A stretch of DNA of 64,000 bases from Malacoraja senta (GCA_038087875.1 CM075987.1:26538001-26602000), one strand, 5' to 3'; shown: positions 26,520 to 39,629, counted from the first letter of the stretch. The notes: a model not told the origin generated them from the letters alone. Made by a program: numbers and translations.

Positions 26520-26770
26520 CGACCAGGTTCAGGAACAGCTACTTCCCCACAGCCATCAGGCTATTAAACCTGGCTCGGACATAACACTGAACTTTACTAG
26601 CCAATACTGTTATTTGCACTTTATCAGTATATTGACCATTGTGTATATATTTATAGAATGCCTTGTAGTAAATGCCTACTATGTTCTGTGAGCTGAAGCA
26701 AAGCAAGAATTTTCATTGTCCTACCAGGGACACATGACAATAAACTCACTTGACTTGACTTGACTTGACA
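26520..26770 (+). mobile_element. Rex1/Babar 3' end fragment
   Basis: CCAGGTTCAGGAACAGCTACTTCCCCACAGCCATCAGGCT..ATGACAATAAA and a (CTTGA)n tail. Confidence 0.65.
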
Positions 26771-27176
26771 AATCTCCACTGGTTCAATTCCAGAAAGTGA
26801 GACAAAGAATATTTCAGACATTAGATGAGGAGATTTGTTGTTGAGTGCATTCTGATAATATTCCTATTAAAGCCTATTTTGAGAGCACTTGATGATGTCA
26901 CTTGGGACAATGCAATTAGAAGAATGTTGTGAATCTCAGTGTTATATCAAACATTTTAATGAACTTAAAAATGCATTGCGATGATTCATTTGGGATTGTG
27001 AAAAGCTTTAGAAGAAGTCAGCATTCACTTTATTAACAATGACCAATACAATTAAAATGTGGAGCTGGGGCATGCTTGCTTAAACGCTCAGTGTGAATTA
27101 AACCATCAAAAATCATATTTATGTTTAGCCATTGCTTGCTTGTGTCCACACTTGGAAGTCTAGGTCCAAATCATTC

Positions 27177-27480
27177 TTTAGTTTAGTTTAGAGATACAGG
27201 GCGGAAACAGGCCCTTCGGCCCACCGGGTCCGTGTCGACCAGCGATCCCTGCATATTAACACTAACCTACACACACTAGGGACATTTTTTACATTTACCA
27301 AGCCAATTAACCTACAAACCTGTACGTCTTTGGAGTGTGGCAGGAAACCGAAGATCTCGGAGAAAACCCATGCAGGTCACGGGGAGAACGTACAAACTCC
27401 GTACAGACAGCACCTGTAACCGGGATCGAACCCGGGTCTCCGGCGCTGCATTCGCTGTAAGGCAGCAACTTTACCGCTAT
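27177..27480 (-). mobile_element. HE1-type V-SINE
   Basis: Reverse complement of the consensus. Confidence 0.8.
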
Positions 27481-27904
27481 GTTGACTCAGCCGATGAAGT
27501 ATGAGGAATATGTCCCACATATGAGAGGAATAGATCAGGTAGACGCACAGAGTCTCTTTCCCAGAGTAGGGGATTCAAGAACCAGAGGACATAGGTTTAT
27601 GGTGAGGGGGGGGAAATTTATCATGAACCTGAAGGGTAACCTACATTCCTTCCTCTAGCTTCACGTCATAATTCTTTAATCCTTTTGTCTCACATCTTTA
27701 ATTTTAATCATCTCTGGCCTTTGCCCAAACATCTGCCTATCAACATCGTCTGTGTTCTCTGGAGAACATGGATAGATGATGTTTTTTGGTCGAGACCATT
27801 CTTCGGACTTTTGTCCTTTTGAGTATATTAACCAGTATCTGCAGTTCTTTGTTTCGCTATCAGGTTATGTTAATGATTTCCCCACCTGCCCTCTGCAGAC
27901 CCAT

Positions 27905-29815
27905 TCATAAATTTGAGAAGCAGAATTAGGCCATTCAGCCCACCAAGTCTACTCCGCCCGTTCAATCATGGCTAATCTACCTTTCCCCTCTCAACCCCAT
28001 TCTCCTGCCTTCTCCCCATAACCCCTGACACCCGTACTAATCAAGAATCTATCAATCTCTGCCTTAAAAATATCCATTGACTTGGCCTCCACAGCCCTCT
28101 GTGGCAATGAATTCCACAGATTCACCACCCTCTGACTAAAGAGATTCATAGAAACATAGACATAGAAACATAGAAAATAGGTGCAGGAGGAGGCCATTCG
28201 GCCCTTCGAGCCAGCACCGCCATTCATTGTGATCATGGCTGATCGTCCCCTATCAATAACCCGTGCCTGCCTTCTCCCCATATCCCTTGACTCTACTAGC
28301 CCCTATTAATGAGATGAGCTTCCTTCTCATCTCCTTTCTAAAGGTACATCCTTTAATTCTGAGGCTGTGACCTCAGGTCCTAGACTCTCCCACTGGTGGA
28401 ATTATCCCCTCCACATCCACTCTATCCAGGCCTTTCACGAATCAGTAACTTACATTTTCTTGCAGGATTGTTTGTTGAATAATTAACTTTCAACAAGTAT
28501 TTACTTTTGGCATTACACGCTGCCCGTGAAGGGGTTTTGTGTTTCACAACACATTTTTGCTTCATTAGTACCTTGAATTCTTTCCACTGGTATTCATCAA
28601 CATTCACTTGTGAAATTCAGATTTGGCTTCAGTAAGAATAATAAATTAGCGTTCTCCAAACTGAGTGAAGTGCTGCACTTTGCATCTTCTGAGAGATTGG
28701 GCAACATATCAAAAATGTCAATGATCAGACCAAGAGGTAATTGCTGTGTTGAAAGTGGGGGAACGATGTTTTATCTTCAACTGCACAGCCAGGGGGTCTG
28801 AAATAAAAAGTGAAAATGCTGGGAACACTCAGCAGGTCGGGCAGCATCTGCGGAAAGAGAAATAGAGTCAGCGTTTCAGGTCAAAGGCACTTTGTTTTGA
28901 ACCATCAAGTGTAACATTGAAGGTGCACAAAAATGCTGGAGAAACTCAGCTGGGTGCAGCAGCATCTACGGAGCGAAGGAGATAGGCAACGTTTCGGGCC
29001 GAAACCCGTGTAACATTGACTCTGGTTCAGAGATGAGGAGAAAGGGTTTAGTACGGTGTCAGAGGTTATGGGGAGAAGGCAGGAGAATAGTGAGGGGGGG
29101 GGGAGGGGTGGTCCAGAACCAGGTGTCACACAGTTTAAGAATAAGGGGTAGGCCATTTAGGACTGAGATGAGGAAAAACTTTTTCATCCAGAGAGTCGTG
29201 AACCTGTGGAATTCTCTGTCACTGAAGGCAGTGGAGGCCAATTCACTGGATGTTTTCAAGAAAGAGTTAGATGTAGCTCTTGGGGCTAACGGAATCAAGG
29301 GATATGGGGAGAAAGCAGGAACGGGGTACTGATTTTAGATGATCAGCCATGATCATATTGAATGGCGGTGTTGGCTCGAAGGGCCGAATGGCCTACTCCT
29401 GCACCTATTTTCTATGTTTCTATGTTAATTCATCATCTGCCTTTATTTAACTTTAGCCATGTACTGAGCTGAGAGAAACGCATGCTTTGACAGACCTGCT
29501 AAGTTCATGTTTTCTCAATGATACACTTTCTGACTTGTTTAGACATAGAAGGGGCCTGGTTAGAATGAAATATTTATGATCAAAATCTTATCACACTTTA
29601 AGCTGCTTTGAGGCCAGTTCATTGACTATATTTAAGAGGGAATTAATGTGGCCCTTGTGGCTAAAGGGATCAGGGGGTATGGAGAGAAGGCAGGCACGGG
29701 ATACTGAATTGGATGATGAGCCACGATCATATTGAATGGCGGTGCTGGCTCGAAGGGCCGAATGGCCTACTCCTGCACCTATTTTCTATGTTTCTATGTT
29801 TCTATGTTCTATGTC
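27905..29815. mobile_element. Cluster of CR1 3' fragments
   Basis: Minus copy 27905-28440 (with a nested copy); plus copies 29030-29425 and 29608-29815. Confidence 0.8.
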
Positions 29816-29913
29816 AAGGTGCAAATTAAACTGGAAATACACAAATAAGGTAAGTCCAAATCTCAGATTTATGCACATTATATCTGTGTTTAAAGCAAAT
29901 CATGCATTTAAAA

Positions 29914-30780
29914 TGGGCAGCACGGTGGCACAGCGGTAGAGTTGCTGCCTTACAGCGCCCAGAGACCCGAGTTCGATCATGACTACAGGTGCTGTCTGTA
30001 CAGAGTTTGTACGTTCTCCCCGTGACCTGCGTGGGTTTCCTCCGGGTGCTCCAGTTTCCTCCGATATTCCACAGACACACAAGATTGCAGGATAATTGGC
30101 TTTGGTGAAAATTGAAAATTGTCCCTAGTGTGTAGGATGGTGCTAGTGTACGGAGAGATCGCTGGTCAGCGATGACTCGGTGGGCCGAAGGGCCTGTTTC
30201 CGCGCTGTGTCTCTCTAAAATGGGCGGCACAGTGGTGCAGCGGTAGAGTTGCTGCCTGACAAAGCCAGAGACCCGGGTTCGAATCTCACCACGTTTGCTG
30301 TCTGAACGACGTTTGTAACCGTGTGGGTTTCTCTGGGTGCTCCGGTTTCCTCCCACACTCCAAAGACGCAGCAGCAAATCCCAAAACCGGTAAAAATTGT
30401 AAAATGTCCCTCATGTGTAGGACAGTATTCTTCTTCTTGCGTTCGAGGCAGCAGAGGTTATGTAACATCCTGCAGGCTCTGTAGCCAGTTCAACGTGCTG
30501 TTGTCAAGGGCCGTGGGGGCTACCCCTCCACCAGGGGGGCGGAGGACAGCGCTGTTTGCTGGTCCGCTCCACACACGCAGGCTGCTGATGAACGCAGCCC
30601 CCAGCGATGCATGTTTGGTGTTGAACCGGCCGACTCCTGTACGGAGCTAGTTCAGGGCGACCCACTCTTTGTGGGGCAGGTCCGAGCCAGGTGGGGCTGT
30701 GGTGTTCGGTGCATTATAGTGCTAGTGTGCGTAGATCGCTGGGCCAAAGTGCCTGTCTCTGCCCTGTATCTCTAAAGTCC
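29914..30780 (+). mobile_element. Two tandem HE1-type V-SINEs, the second interrupted by Vingi
   Basis: Heads at 29914 and 30222. Confidence 0.8.
30428..30714 (-). mobile_element. Vingi/Ingi-type LINE 3' fragment inserted in an HE1 SINE
   Basis: Decayed minus-strand translation PPGSDLPHKEWVALN*LRTGVGRF..HRWGL..SAACVCGADQQT..LDNSTLNWLQSL, followed by a (GAA)n tail. Confidence 0.7.
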
Positions 30781-31070
30781 AAAGTGAAATATGTAACATT
30801 GAATTAAAAATAGCAGTAGACAAATATTGAAACGGTGCCAATACATGACTGCGGCCGCATGTGTAAATATGCAAAACAATGTCACTGAAGATAGACACAA
30901 ATGCTGGAGTAACTCAGCGGGACAGGCAGCATCTCTGGAGAGAAGGAATGGGTGACGTTTGGGGTCAAGACCCTGCTGTGTTTTCTGTTAATTACTTGAG
31001 ACAAACTCTCAGTTATCGTTTTAAGTTCCTTCCACGTAATATTATCGAGTCGGAGTGACGGTGTTTTATA

Positions 31071-31517
31071 GAAATAGAAACATAGAATTGGCCAGGATTT
31101 GGCCATTCGGCCCTTCGAGCCAGCACCACCATCCAATATGACCATGGCTGATCAGCCAAACTCAGTACCCCGTTCCTGCTTTCTCCCCATATCCCTTGAT
31201 TCCGTTAGCCCTAAGAGCTACATCTAAAACTCTCTCCTGAAAACATCCAGAGAATTGGCCTCCACTGTCTTCTGTGGCAGAGAATTCCACAGATTCACAA
31301 CTCTCTGGGTGAAGAAGTATTTCCTCATCTCAGTCCTAAATGGCCTACCCCTTATTCTTAAACTGTGACCCCTGGTTCTGGACTCCCCCAACATTTTTCC
31401 TGCATCTAGCCTGCCCAATCCCTCAAGAATTTTACATGTTTCTATAACTATAAAATCCCCTCTTATCCTTCTAAATTCCAGTGAATGTAAGCCCAGTCGA
31501 CCCATTCTTTCATCATA
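31071..31517 (-). mobile_element. CR1 3' fragment
   Basis: LGLHSLEFRRIRGD..TRGHSLRIRGRPFRTEMRKYFFTQRVVNLWNSLP. Confidence 0.85.
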
Positions 31518-31683
31518 TTCATTTCATTATATTTAACATTCCTCTGTAAATCCACTCACAGTGGTTTGTGCGTGTGGCAGATGTCACCAGTGTGACTGTT
31601 AGCTGCCCTCCTGTGGTTCATGGAAAGCAGCAGGCTGGAAACACAGGAGCTAGATCCTACTCTGTGGGTGGAGGTTGACATGA

Positions 31684-32028
31684 GGGCGGCACGGTGGCAC
31701 AGCGGTAGAGTCGCTGCCTCACGCGCCAGAGACCCAGGATTAGATCCTGACTACGGGTGCTGTCTGTACGGAGTTTGTACGTCCTCCCCGTGACCCGAGT
31801 GGGTTTTCTTCGAGATCTTCGGTTCTTTCTCCCACACTCCAAAGACGTGCAGGTTGTAGGTTCGTTGGATGGGTATAAATGTAAAACATTTTTTTTTAAT
31901 TGTCTCTATTGTGTAGGGTAGTGTTCGTGTGCGGTGATCGCTGGTCGGCGCGGACCCAGGGGGCCGAAGGGCCAGTTTCCGCGCTGTTATCTCTAAACTA
32001 CACTAAACTAAACTAAACTAAACTAAAC
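31684..32028 (+). mobile_element. HE1-type V-SINE
   Basis: Full length with a (CTAAA)n tail. Confidence 0.8.
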
Positions 32029-32597
32029 CTCATTGACAATAGACAATAGACAATAGGTGCAGGAGTAGGCCATTCGGCCCTTCGAGTCAGCACCGCCATT
32101 CAATATGATCATGGCTGATCATCCCCAATCAGTACCCCGTTCCTGCCTTCTCCCCATAATCGCCTGACTCCGCTATCTTTAAGAGCCCTATCACTGAAAC
32201 TTACCGAATAGTGAAGGGTCTGGATAGAGTAGATGTGGAGAGGATGTTTCCATTAGTGGGGGAGTCAAGGACCAGAGACCACAGCCTCAGAATTAAAGGA
32301 CTTCCTTCAGGAAGGAGATGAGGAGGAATTTCTTCTGTCAGAGGGTGGTGAATCAGTGGAATGCTTTGCCACAGACAGAGGTGAAGGCCAAGTCAATGGA
32401 TATATGAAAGGCAGAGATATTAGGATGGGTTATTGCATTATGTTCCCAATAATCCCAAACCCTACCGAAACGTCACCTATTCCTTCTTTCCAGAGAAGCT
32501 GCCTATCCCGCTGAGTTACTCCAGCATTTTGTGTCTACACTCCCCCAAAACGTGTCTATCACTGTCTTAAAGATATTGAGTGATCACTCTCCACATT

Positions 32598-33145
32598 GGG
32601 GCGGCACGGTGGCGCAGCGGTAGAGTTGCTGCTTTACAGCGCCAGAGACCCGGGTTCGATCCTGACTACGGGTGCTGTCTGTAGGGAGTTTGTACGTTTT
32701 TCTCGTGACCTGCGTGGGTTTTCCCCGGGTGCCGGTTTCCTCCCACACTCCAAAGACGTGCAGGTTTGTAGGTTAATTGGATTCGGCAAAGATTCTAAAT
32801 TGTCCCTCATGTGTGGGACAGTGTTAAGGGGCCTGTCCCACTTGGCCGATTTTTCGGCGAATGCCGGCGTCATATCAGGGTCGCCAAAAGATTTTGAACA
32901 TTTCGAAATCCAGCGGGGACAAAAGAAATGTTGCGACACTTGAAAAAACACCGTGCGTCATACTTCACCACGCCGCGTCATGCCGAAAAGTTTCCGGTGA
33001 CCTGATACGTCAGCCAATGATGACGGCAGTCGCCGAAAAAATCGCCAAGTGGGACAGGCCCTTTAGTGTGGGGTGATGGGCTGGTCAGTGGGCCGAAGTG
33101 TCTGTTTCTGCGCTGTATCTCTAAACTAAACTAAATTAAACTAAA
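32598..33145 (+). mobile_element. HE1-type V-SINE interrupted by a Harbinger MITE
   Basis: Head at 32598; the tail resumes at 33066. Confidence 0.8.
32827..33062. mobile_element. PIF/Harbinger-type MITE, subfamily B, inserted in an HE1 SINE
   Basis: TIR GGGCCTGTCCCACTTGG.CGATTTTT.CGGCGA. TTA is duplicated at 32824-32826 and 33063-33065, and the host SINE resumes exactly. Confidence 0.85.
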
Positions 33146-34530
33146 CCTCTTGAAGGTGGAAAATTCCAAAATTTGAAACCTTCTTAAAAAAAAAAACCCC
33201 CAACAGTTCTAGACATGGATAAAATCATGTCCTTTCCATTTTTTGTATCGGAGTTGTTCGGTTCAACTTGTCCAAGGCTTGCATCAGAAAACTTATTTGT
33301 TTATGTAATTCTCAAATGTTTGTAATTGGAACAAAACGTTACATTGATTGCACTGTCAATTGACGCTAACTTACAAATGAGCTATTGACTTTAGCATTCG
33401 GAAATAGAAACGGCCTTTAAAGCTCCAACAAAGCATCCATTTAGAAGCGAAATGCAGTTTCTAGCCTCACCAGCCTGGACACAAAACTCACCAGTTTTTG
33501 AAACCTTCCTTTGTTGAATCAAATCTCCGAGCTTGTACACTTCCTATGTGAGTGATGTGCCATTATATTCACCAAGTGTCTGTATTTGCGTTTTGTTTCT
33601 GCCTCTGTAGGGCTCGTTCACACCAACGGACCCCATTATTGTGGAGGGAATAAGGGAGACCAGTGATGGCGAACGATGGCAAGTCACTGGGCTTTTATAC
33701 TGGCCTTTATCCGCAGTATAAATGAACCTCCTGTTGGGGAATAGGCCGTGAAAGGAAAAAAACAGCAGCAGCTGCAGGCAGGTTTCATCCTGTCACTGGT
33801 ATTTTCGGAGCGAGTTTTCATCTCCCCCCGACCAACCGAGGGGTGAATAAGTTGAACGGGTTAATGGGGTGAAGTTGCCCGTACCAGTAAATGGTTGTTT
33901 CATTCCGGCAGCGTGGCCCAACAGCGAACCATTGTCAGGCCTGTTTATCGGTCAGTTTCGCTCAGTAAGTGAAGAGGTTTGTGGACATCGTTGACATGGG
34001 CGCGGTGGATGTGAGCTGACTGCAGGCAATTTGGATGAATGAAGAGGGAAGCGAAGAATTCAATGTAGGGGGAAATCGGAATGAAGGGACGCACTGTCAG
34101 AGAGTCTGCTGGGCGGGCTCTGTTGGAATCTGATTCTCACTCCAGCGGGAGAAAGAAGAGCTGTAGTTTGTTGAAGGTGGACTCAAAATGTTTCCACTCG
34201 TGGGAGAGTCTAGGACTCTAGAGACTAGAGCCATAACCTCAGAATAAGAGGACGTTCCTTTGGAAAGGAGACGAGGAGGAATTTCATTAGTCAGAGGGTG
34301 GTGGATCTGTGGAATTCATTGCCAAAGAAGGCTGTGGAGGCCAAGTCAGTGGATATTTTTAAGTCGGAGATAGAAAGATTCTTGATTAGTGTCAGGCACA
34401 GCAGACAACTGCAGCACAATAGAATCAGATTGTTGGATCAAATATACATGAACCCATCATCACTGCCTCAGCTGCCCCTCCCTGTGAGCTTGATCAAAAT
34501 ATATTTTCCATGGTTTTATTCATGAGTTTT

Positions 34531-35152
34531 GGGTGGCACGATGGCGCAGCGGTAGAGTTGCTGCCTCACAGCGCCAGGGACCAGGGTTCGATCCTGACTA
34601 CGGGTGCTGCCTGTACGGAGTTTGTACGTTCTCTCTCCCCGTGACCTGCGTGGGTTTTCTCCGGATCCTCCCACACTCCAAAGACGTACAGGTTTGTAGG
34701 TTAGTTGGCTTCAGTATAAATTGTAAATTGTCCCTAGTGTGTGTAGGATAGTGTTAGTGTGCGGGGATCGCTGGTCGGCGCGGACTCGGTGGGCCAAAGG
34801 GCCTGTTTCCGCGCTGTATCTCTAAACTAAAGCTCAAAACTAATGATGGCAAATGCTCAGTTTAGAGATACAGCGCGGAAACAGGCCTTTCGGCCCACCA
34901 AGTCCACACCGACCAGAGATCCCCGCACATTAACACTAAAACACGACGAAATTTTTACATTTATACCAAGACAATTAACCTACAAACCTGTACATCTTTG
35001 GAGTGTGGGAGGAAACCGAAGATCTTGAAGAAAACCCACGCAGGTCACGGGAGAACGTGCAAACTCCGTACAGACAGCACCCGTAGCCGGGTTCGAACCC
35101 GGGTCTCTGGTGCTGTAAGGCGCCAATTCTACCGCTGCGCCACCCTGCCGCC
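34531..35152. mobile_element. Tail-to-tail pair of HE1-type V-SINEs
   Basis: Plus copy 34531-34830 and minus copy 34858-35152. Confidence 0.8.
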
Positions 35153-36432
35153 CACGTAAACTGCTCCCAGAGTCTCTGAGTCACAGGCCCATGTCCAATT
35201 CTCAGGGCATCTAACAAGCAGAACAAACAAAGATCTTAATTAAAAGCAAATTGCTCGGTATAAAAGAAAATCATGTTACAAGCTCACTCACAAGACGAGA
35301 CATGGAGCAAATGAATGAGTTATTTGTTGAACAGTGTTGTACTTGATTTTGCACCATGTGTAAATGCTGTATAACCCCGGGATATATCTCCTGTTATTGA
35401 CAAATTCTCTTTTCGAGTGCAGGCATTATCACTTCCTCAGAGAACCAACCGTTAGAATTTGCATAGCGTTCAATTGTTGCTAACTTTCTGGAAGCCCTGG
35501 GTGAAATTGCAAAACCCAAGACTTTTCAGTTGGAATGAAGAAGGCATTGAAGTTTAATACAAAGTGTTTTTGGTGGGCCGAAGATCCTATTTCCAGACTG
35601 TATCTCTAAACTAAACTAAACTAAACTAAACTAAACTAAACTAAACTAAGGCACTGCATTACTTTCCCTTGCTGCAAATTCATTGGGTGGTAGATTCAAC
35701 AAAGGGTCTTGACCCGAAAAGTCACCTATTCCCTTTCTCCAGAGATGCTGCCTGACCCGCTGAGTTACTCCGGCATCTTGTATCGATCTCAGGTACCACA
35801 CGCTGGGAAAACAGAGAGCCGCAGACTCAGAACCAAGCATCAGAAAAAGAAGCTGGACAAGCAGGACAAGAGGGTGGTGGGGAAAGAAAGGAAGTTCTCA
35901 AAGATGCTGGGTCTTGCACGTATTCACAGCTGGTAAAGTCCCGAGATATCCAAAGCCTGGGCCTCTGTGGTCACGTTTATACGGATAACTCAGCATAGAA
36001 CTTGTTACCTGCTGGGCTTAGTTTTTATCCACGAGTAGTTGCTCTACTCAACAGCCAAAAATCTGTAGCCTCCCTTTGATCTGGTATTGTGTTGGTTCAC
36101 GTGCTTGATCAATGGTGTTTTATCATTAATGTTTTATTATTATTAATGTTTAGTGTTTTCTGAGTCATTCGTAACTGTCACTGTATGTCATGTTGTTACT
36201 TGTGGGCGGAGCACCAAGGCAAATTCCTTGTATGTGAATACTTGGCCAATAAATGTACTTACTTACTTACTTACTTAGGCAAGAAGTGGGCGTAAGACAT
36301 ACTTCTGAGGTTTGGCCTGAGTTGCAGTTGCTGTCAGCAATACACAGTCGATCTGTGTTGTGGTTAACCCTCGTTGCAATGTCCTACCATTGTACAAACT
36401 CGTGCAGGCGGACATGTGTGGAACAATCGATC

Positions 36433-37395
36433 CACACAAAAACCTGGAGTAACTCAGTGGGACAGGCTGCACCTCTGGGGAAAAGGAATAGGTGACGGTT
36501 TGGGTCGAGACCCTTCTTCAGACTGAGAGTCAGGGGGAAGGGAAACGAGACTTACAGACGGTGATGTGGTGAGATGTAGAACAAATGAAAGAAAGATATG
36601 CGAAATAATAACGATGATAAAGAAAACATCTCATTGAAACATATAAGATTGTTAAGGGCTTGGACATGCTGGAGGCAGGAAACATGTTCCCGATGTTGGG
36701 GGAGTCCAGAACCAGGGGCCACAGTTTAAGAATAAGGGGTAAGCCATTTAGAACGGAGACGAGGAAACACTTTTTCCCACAGAGAGTGGTGAGTCTGTGG
36801 AATTCTCTGCCTCAGAGGGCGGTGGAGGCAGGTTCTCTGGATGTTTTCAAGAGAGAGCTGGATAGGGCTCTTAAAGATAGCGGAGTCAGGGGATATGGGG
36901 AGAAGGCAGGAACGGGGTACTGATTGGGGATGATCAGCCATGATCACATTGAATGGCGGTGCTGGCTCGAAGGGCCGAATGGCCTACTCCTGCACCTATT
37001 GTCTATTGTCTATTGTCTATTGAAACAGGCGATTGTTAGCTGTGGCCTAGGTGAAAACGAGTTACAGCCAATGAGACTCAACAAGACGACTTTGAAGCTG
37101 GTACGACTTGGGTGGGGGAGGGATGGAGAGAGAGGGAATGCAGCGGTTACTTGAAGTTGGAGGAGTCAATATTCATACCACTGGGGTGTAAGCTGCCCAA
37201 GCGAAATATGAGATGCTGTTCATCCAATTTGCGTTTGGCCTCACTCTGACAATGGAGGAGGCCTCGGACAGGAAGATCAGTGTGGGAATGGGAAGGCGAA
37301 TTAAAGTGTTTGGCAACCGGGAGATCAGGTAGGTCCCGGCGGACTGAGCGAAGGTGTTCAGCGAAATGATCGCCCAGTCTACATTTGGTCACATC
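36433..37395 (-). mobile_element. Penelope-like element 3' fragment: GIY-YIG endonuclease C-terminus, 3' UTR and pseudo-LTR, interrupted by a CR1 insert
   Basis: ORF 37147-37392 reads TKCRLGDHFAEHLRSVR..PVAKHFNSPSHS..EQHLIFRLGSLHPSGMN, typical of PLE GIY-YIG domains. Past the CR1 insert it continues into the CTGAAGAAGGGTCTCGACCC terminal repeat. Confidence 0.85.
36628..37021 (+). mobile_element. CR1 3' fragment inserted in the Penelope element
   Basis: ORF 36660-36923 with CR1 motifs and a (CTATTGT)n tail. Confidence 0.9.
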
Positions 37396-37574
37396 GATAT
37401 TTAAGTCCAGACTAATGGAACTATTTTCAGGGATAAACCATTGACCTGTTTAGTTCATAAGTTCATGGAGCAGAAGTAGGCCATTTGGCCAATCTCCTTT
37501 CTAAAGGTTGGTCCATTTATTCTGAGGCTATAACGTCTGCTCCTAGACTTTCCCATAGTGGGTTAACATTAATG

Positions 37575-38726
37575 AGCTTTTGACGGCACTGGGCCTGTGC
37601 TCGCTGGAGATTAGAAGAATGAGGACGGACCTCATTGAAATTTACCAAATAGTGAAAAGCCTGGGTAGAGTGGATGTGGAGAGGATGTTTCCACTAGTGA
37701 GAGAGTCTAGGACCCGAATTAAAGGACTTTCCTATAGGAAGGAAATGAGGAAGAATTTCTTTAGTCAGAGGGTGGTGAATCTGTGGCATTCGTTGCCACA
37801 GACGGCTGTGGAGGCCAAGTCAGTGGATATTTTTAAGGCAGAGATAGAAATATTCTGGGTTAGTACGGGTGTCAGGGGTTATGGGGAGAAGGGAGGAGAA
37901 TGGGGTTAAGGAAAGATAGATCAGCCATGATTGAATGGCTGAGTAGACTTGATGAGCCAAATGGCCTAATTTTGCTCCTATTACATATGAATTTATGAAG
38001 AAGGATTTTGACCCGAAACGTCACCTATCCATGTTCTCCAGAGATGCTGCCTGACCCGCTGAGTTACTCCAGTCCTTATTTAAGAATAAGGAGTAAGCCA
38101 TTTAGAACGGAGACGAGGAAACACTTTTTCTCACAGAGAGTGGTGAGTCTGTGGAATTCTCTGCCTCAGAGGGCGGTGGAGGCTGGTTCTCTGGATGCTT
38201 TCAAGAGAGAGCTAGATAGGGCTCTTAAAAATAGCGGAGTCAGGGGATATGGGGAGAAGGCAGGAACGGGGTACGGGTCGGACGACAGATGGCGCAATGG
38301 GCTAAGTGTTCGGCTGGCAACCGGAAGGTAGCCGGTTCGAATCCCGCTTGGAGTGCATACTGTCGTTGTGTCCTTGGGCAAGACACTTCACCCACCTTTG
38401 CCTGCGTGTGAATGTGTGTGAATGCGTGTGAGTGATTGGTGGTGGTCGGAGGGGCCGTAGGCGCGATAGCAGCCACGCTTCCGTCAGTCTGCCCCAGGGC
38501 AGCTGTGGCTACAGAAGTAGCTCACCACCACCGAGTGTGACTGAGGAGTGAATGAATAAAGCGATGCAAAGCGCCTTGAGTATTAGAAAGGTGCTATATA
38601 AATCCCATCCTTATTATTATTATTATTATTATTGTGGATGATCAGCCATGATCACATTGAATGGCGGTGCTGGCTCGAAGGGCCGAACGGCCTACTCCTG
38701 CACCTATTGTCTATTGTCTATTGTCT
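37575..38726 (+). mobile_element. Two CR1 3' fragments, the second interrupted by the AFC-like SINE
   Basis: CR1 C-terminal motifs and 3' stem-loop. Confidence 0.85.
38275..38633 (+). mobile_element. tRNA-derived CORE-SINE resembling teleost AFC-type SINEs, with an L2-type tail
   Basis: A and B boxes (TGGCGCAATGG, GGTTCGAATCC), CORE-like GTGTCCTTGGGCAAGACACTTCACCC, CTGCCCCAGGGCAGCTGTGGCTAC and an (ATT)n tail. Inserted in a CR1 3' end. Confidence 0.75.
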
Positions 38727-39629
38727 ACGTTGTGTCTTTTTTTTTGTTGCAAAGCAGCATCTGCAGTTCCATGTTTTGACCATTTTAAGAGCTTTCATTT
38801 CTAATCTCAAGTTCAGCAGCATTAATTATTTCAGGAGACGAACATCATCAACGGCAGTGCTTTAAATTACTCCGTAATTGCCGATCTGTGCTTGTTCTCC
38901 CATCCATTGCAACCCAATAATGCCATTTCTTCAGAGTCGTTGCTTGCAATTAGCAGTTAACGTATCAATTAAGTCTCAATTATTCTAAATTATTAAAGAT
39001 CAGTTTGGCCCAAGATAAGAGGATGGTTTGCCAGAGACCTTGTAATAGATACCTCTGGGCACAGAAGCAAAAATGTCCATGTTCTTTTAGTGGAATATAT
39101 ATATATCAATAATCTGAAACGCTAATTTCACTTTCCTTTCTGCCCAATGAGAGTTGTTGTCCAAAGTTTGGAGTGAACAAACCATTGAGTTACAAGCGAC
39201 CCACTTGCCTTCTCACTTGCTTAGCTTAGCTTAGTTTAGTTAAAGAAGGAACTGCAGATGCTGGAAAATCGAATGTAGACAAAAGCGCTGGAGAAACTCA
39301 GCGGGTGCGGCAGCATCTATGGAGCGAAGGAATAGGTGACGTTTCGGGTCTTGTCCCGCTGAGTTTCTCCAGCATTTTTGTCTACCTTAGTTTGTGTGAT
39401 GGTCGCTGATGTGTGAAAACGCACTCCACCAGATTCAGGGACAGTTTCTTCCCGGCTGTTAGCAGGCAACTGAACCGCCCTCTCACCAACTAGAGAGCGG
39501 TCCTGAACTACTATCTACCTCGTTGAAGACCCTCGGACTATCGTTAATCGGACTGTGCTTCCTGTGCTGTGTGACACTACGCTCTGGATCTACTTACAGG
39601 CTGACAAACCTGTGGGATCACAAACTTAA

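Noticed and set aside
33611..33721. Plus-strand acceptor-like TTTCTGCCTCTGTAG followed by a short open frame
   Set aside because: No recognisable protein similarity or convincing donor, and it is antisense to BRINP1.
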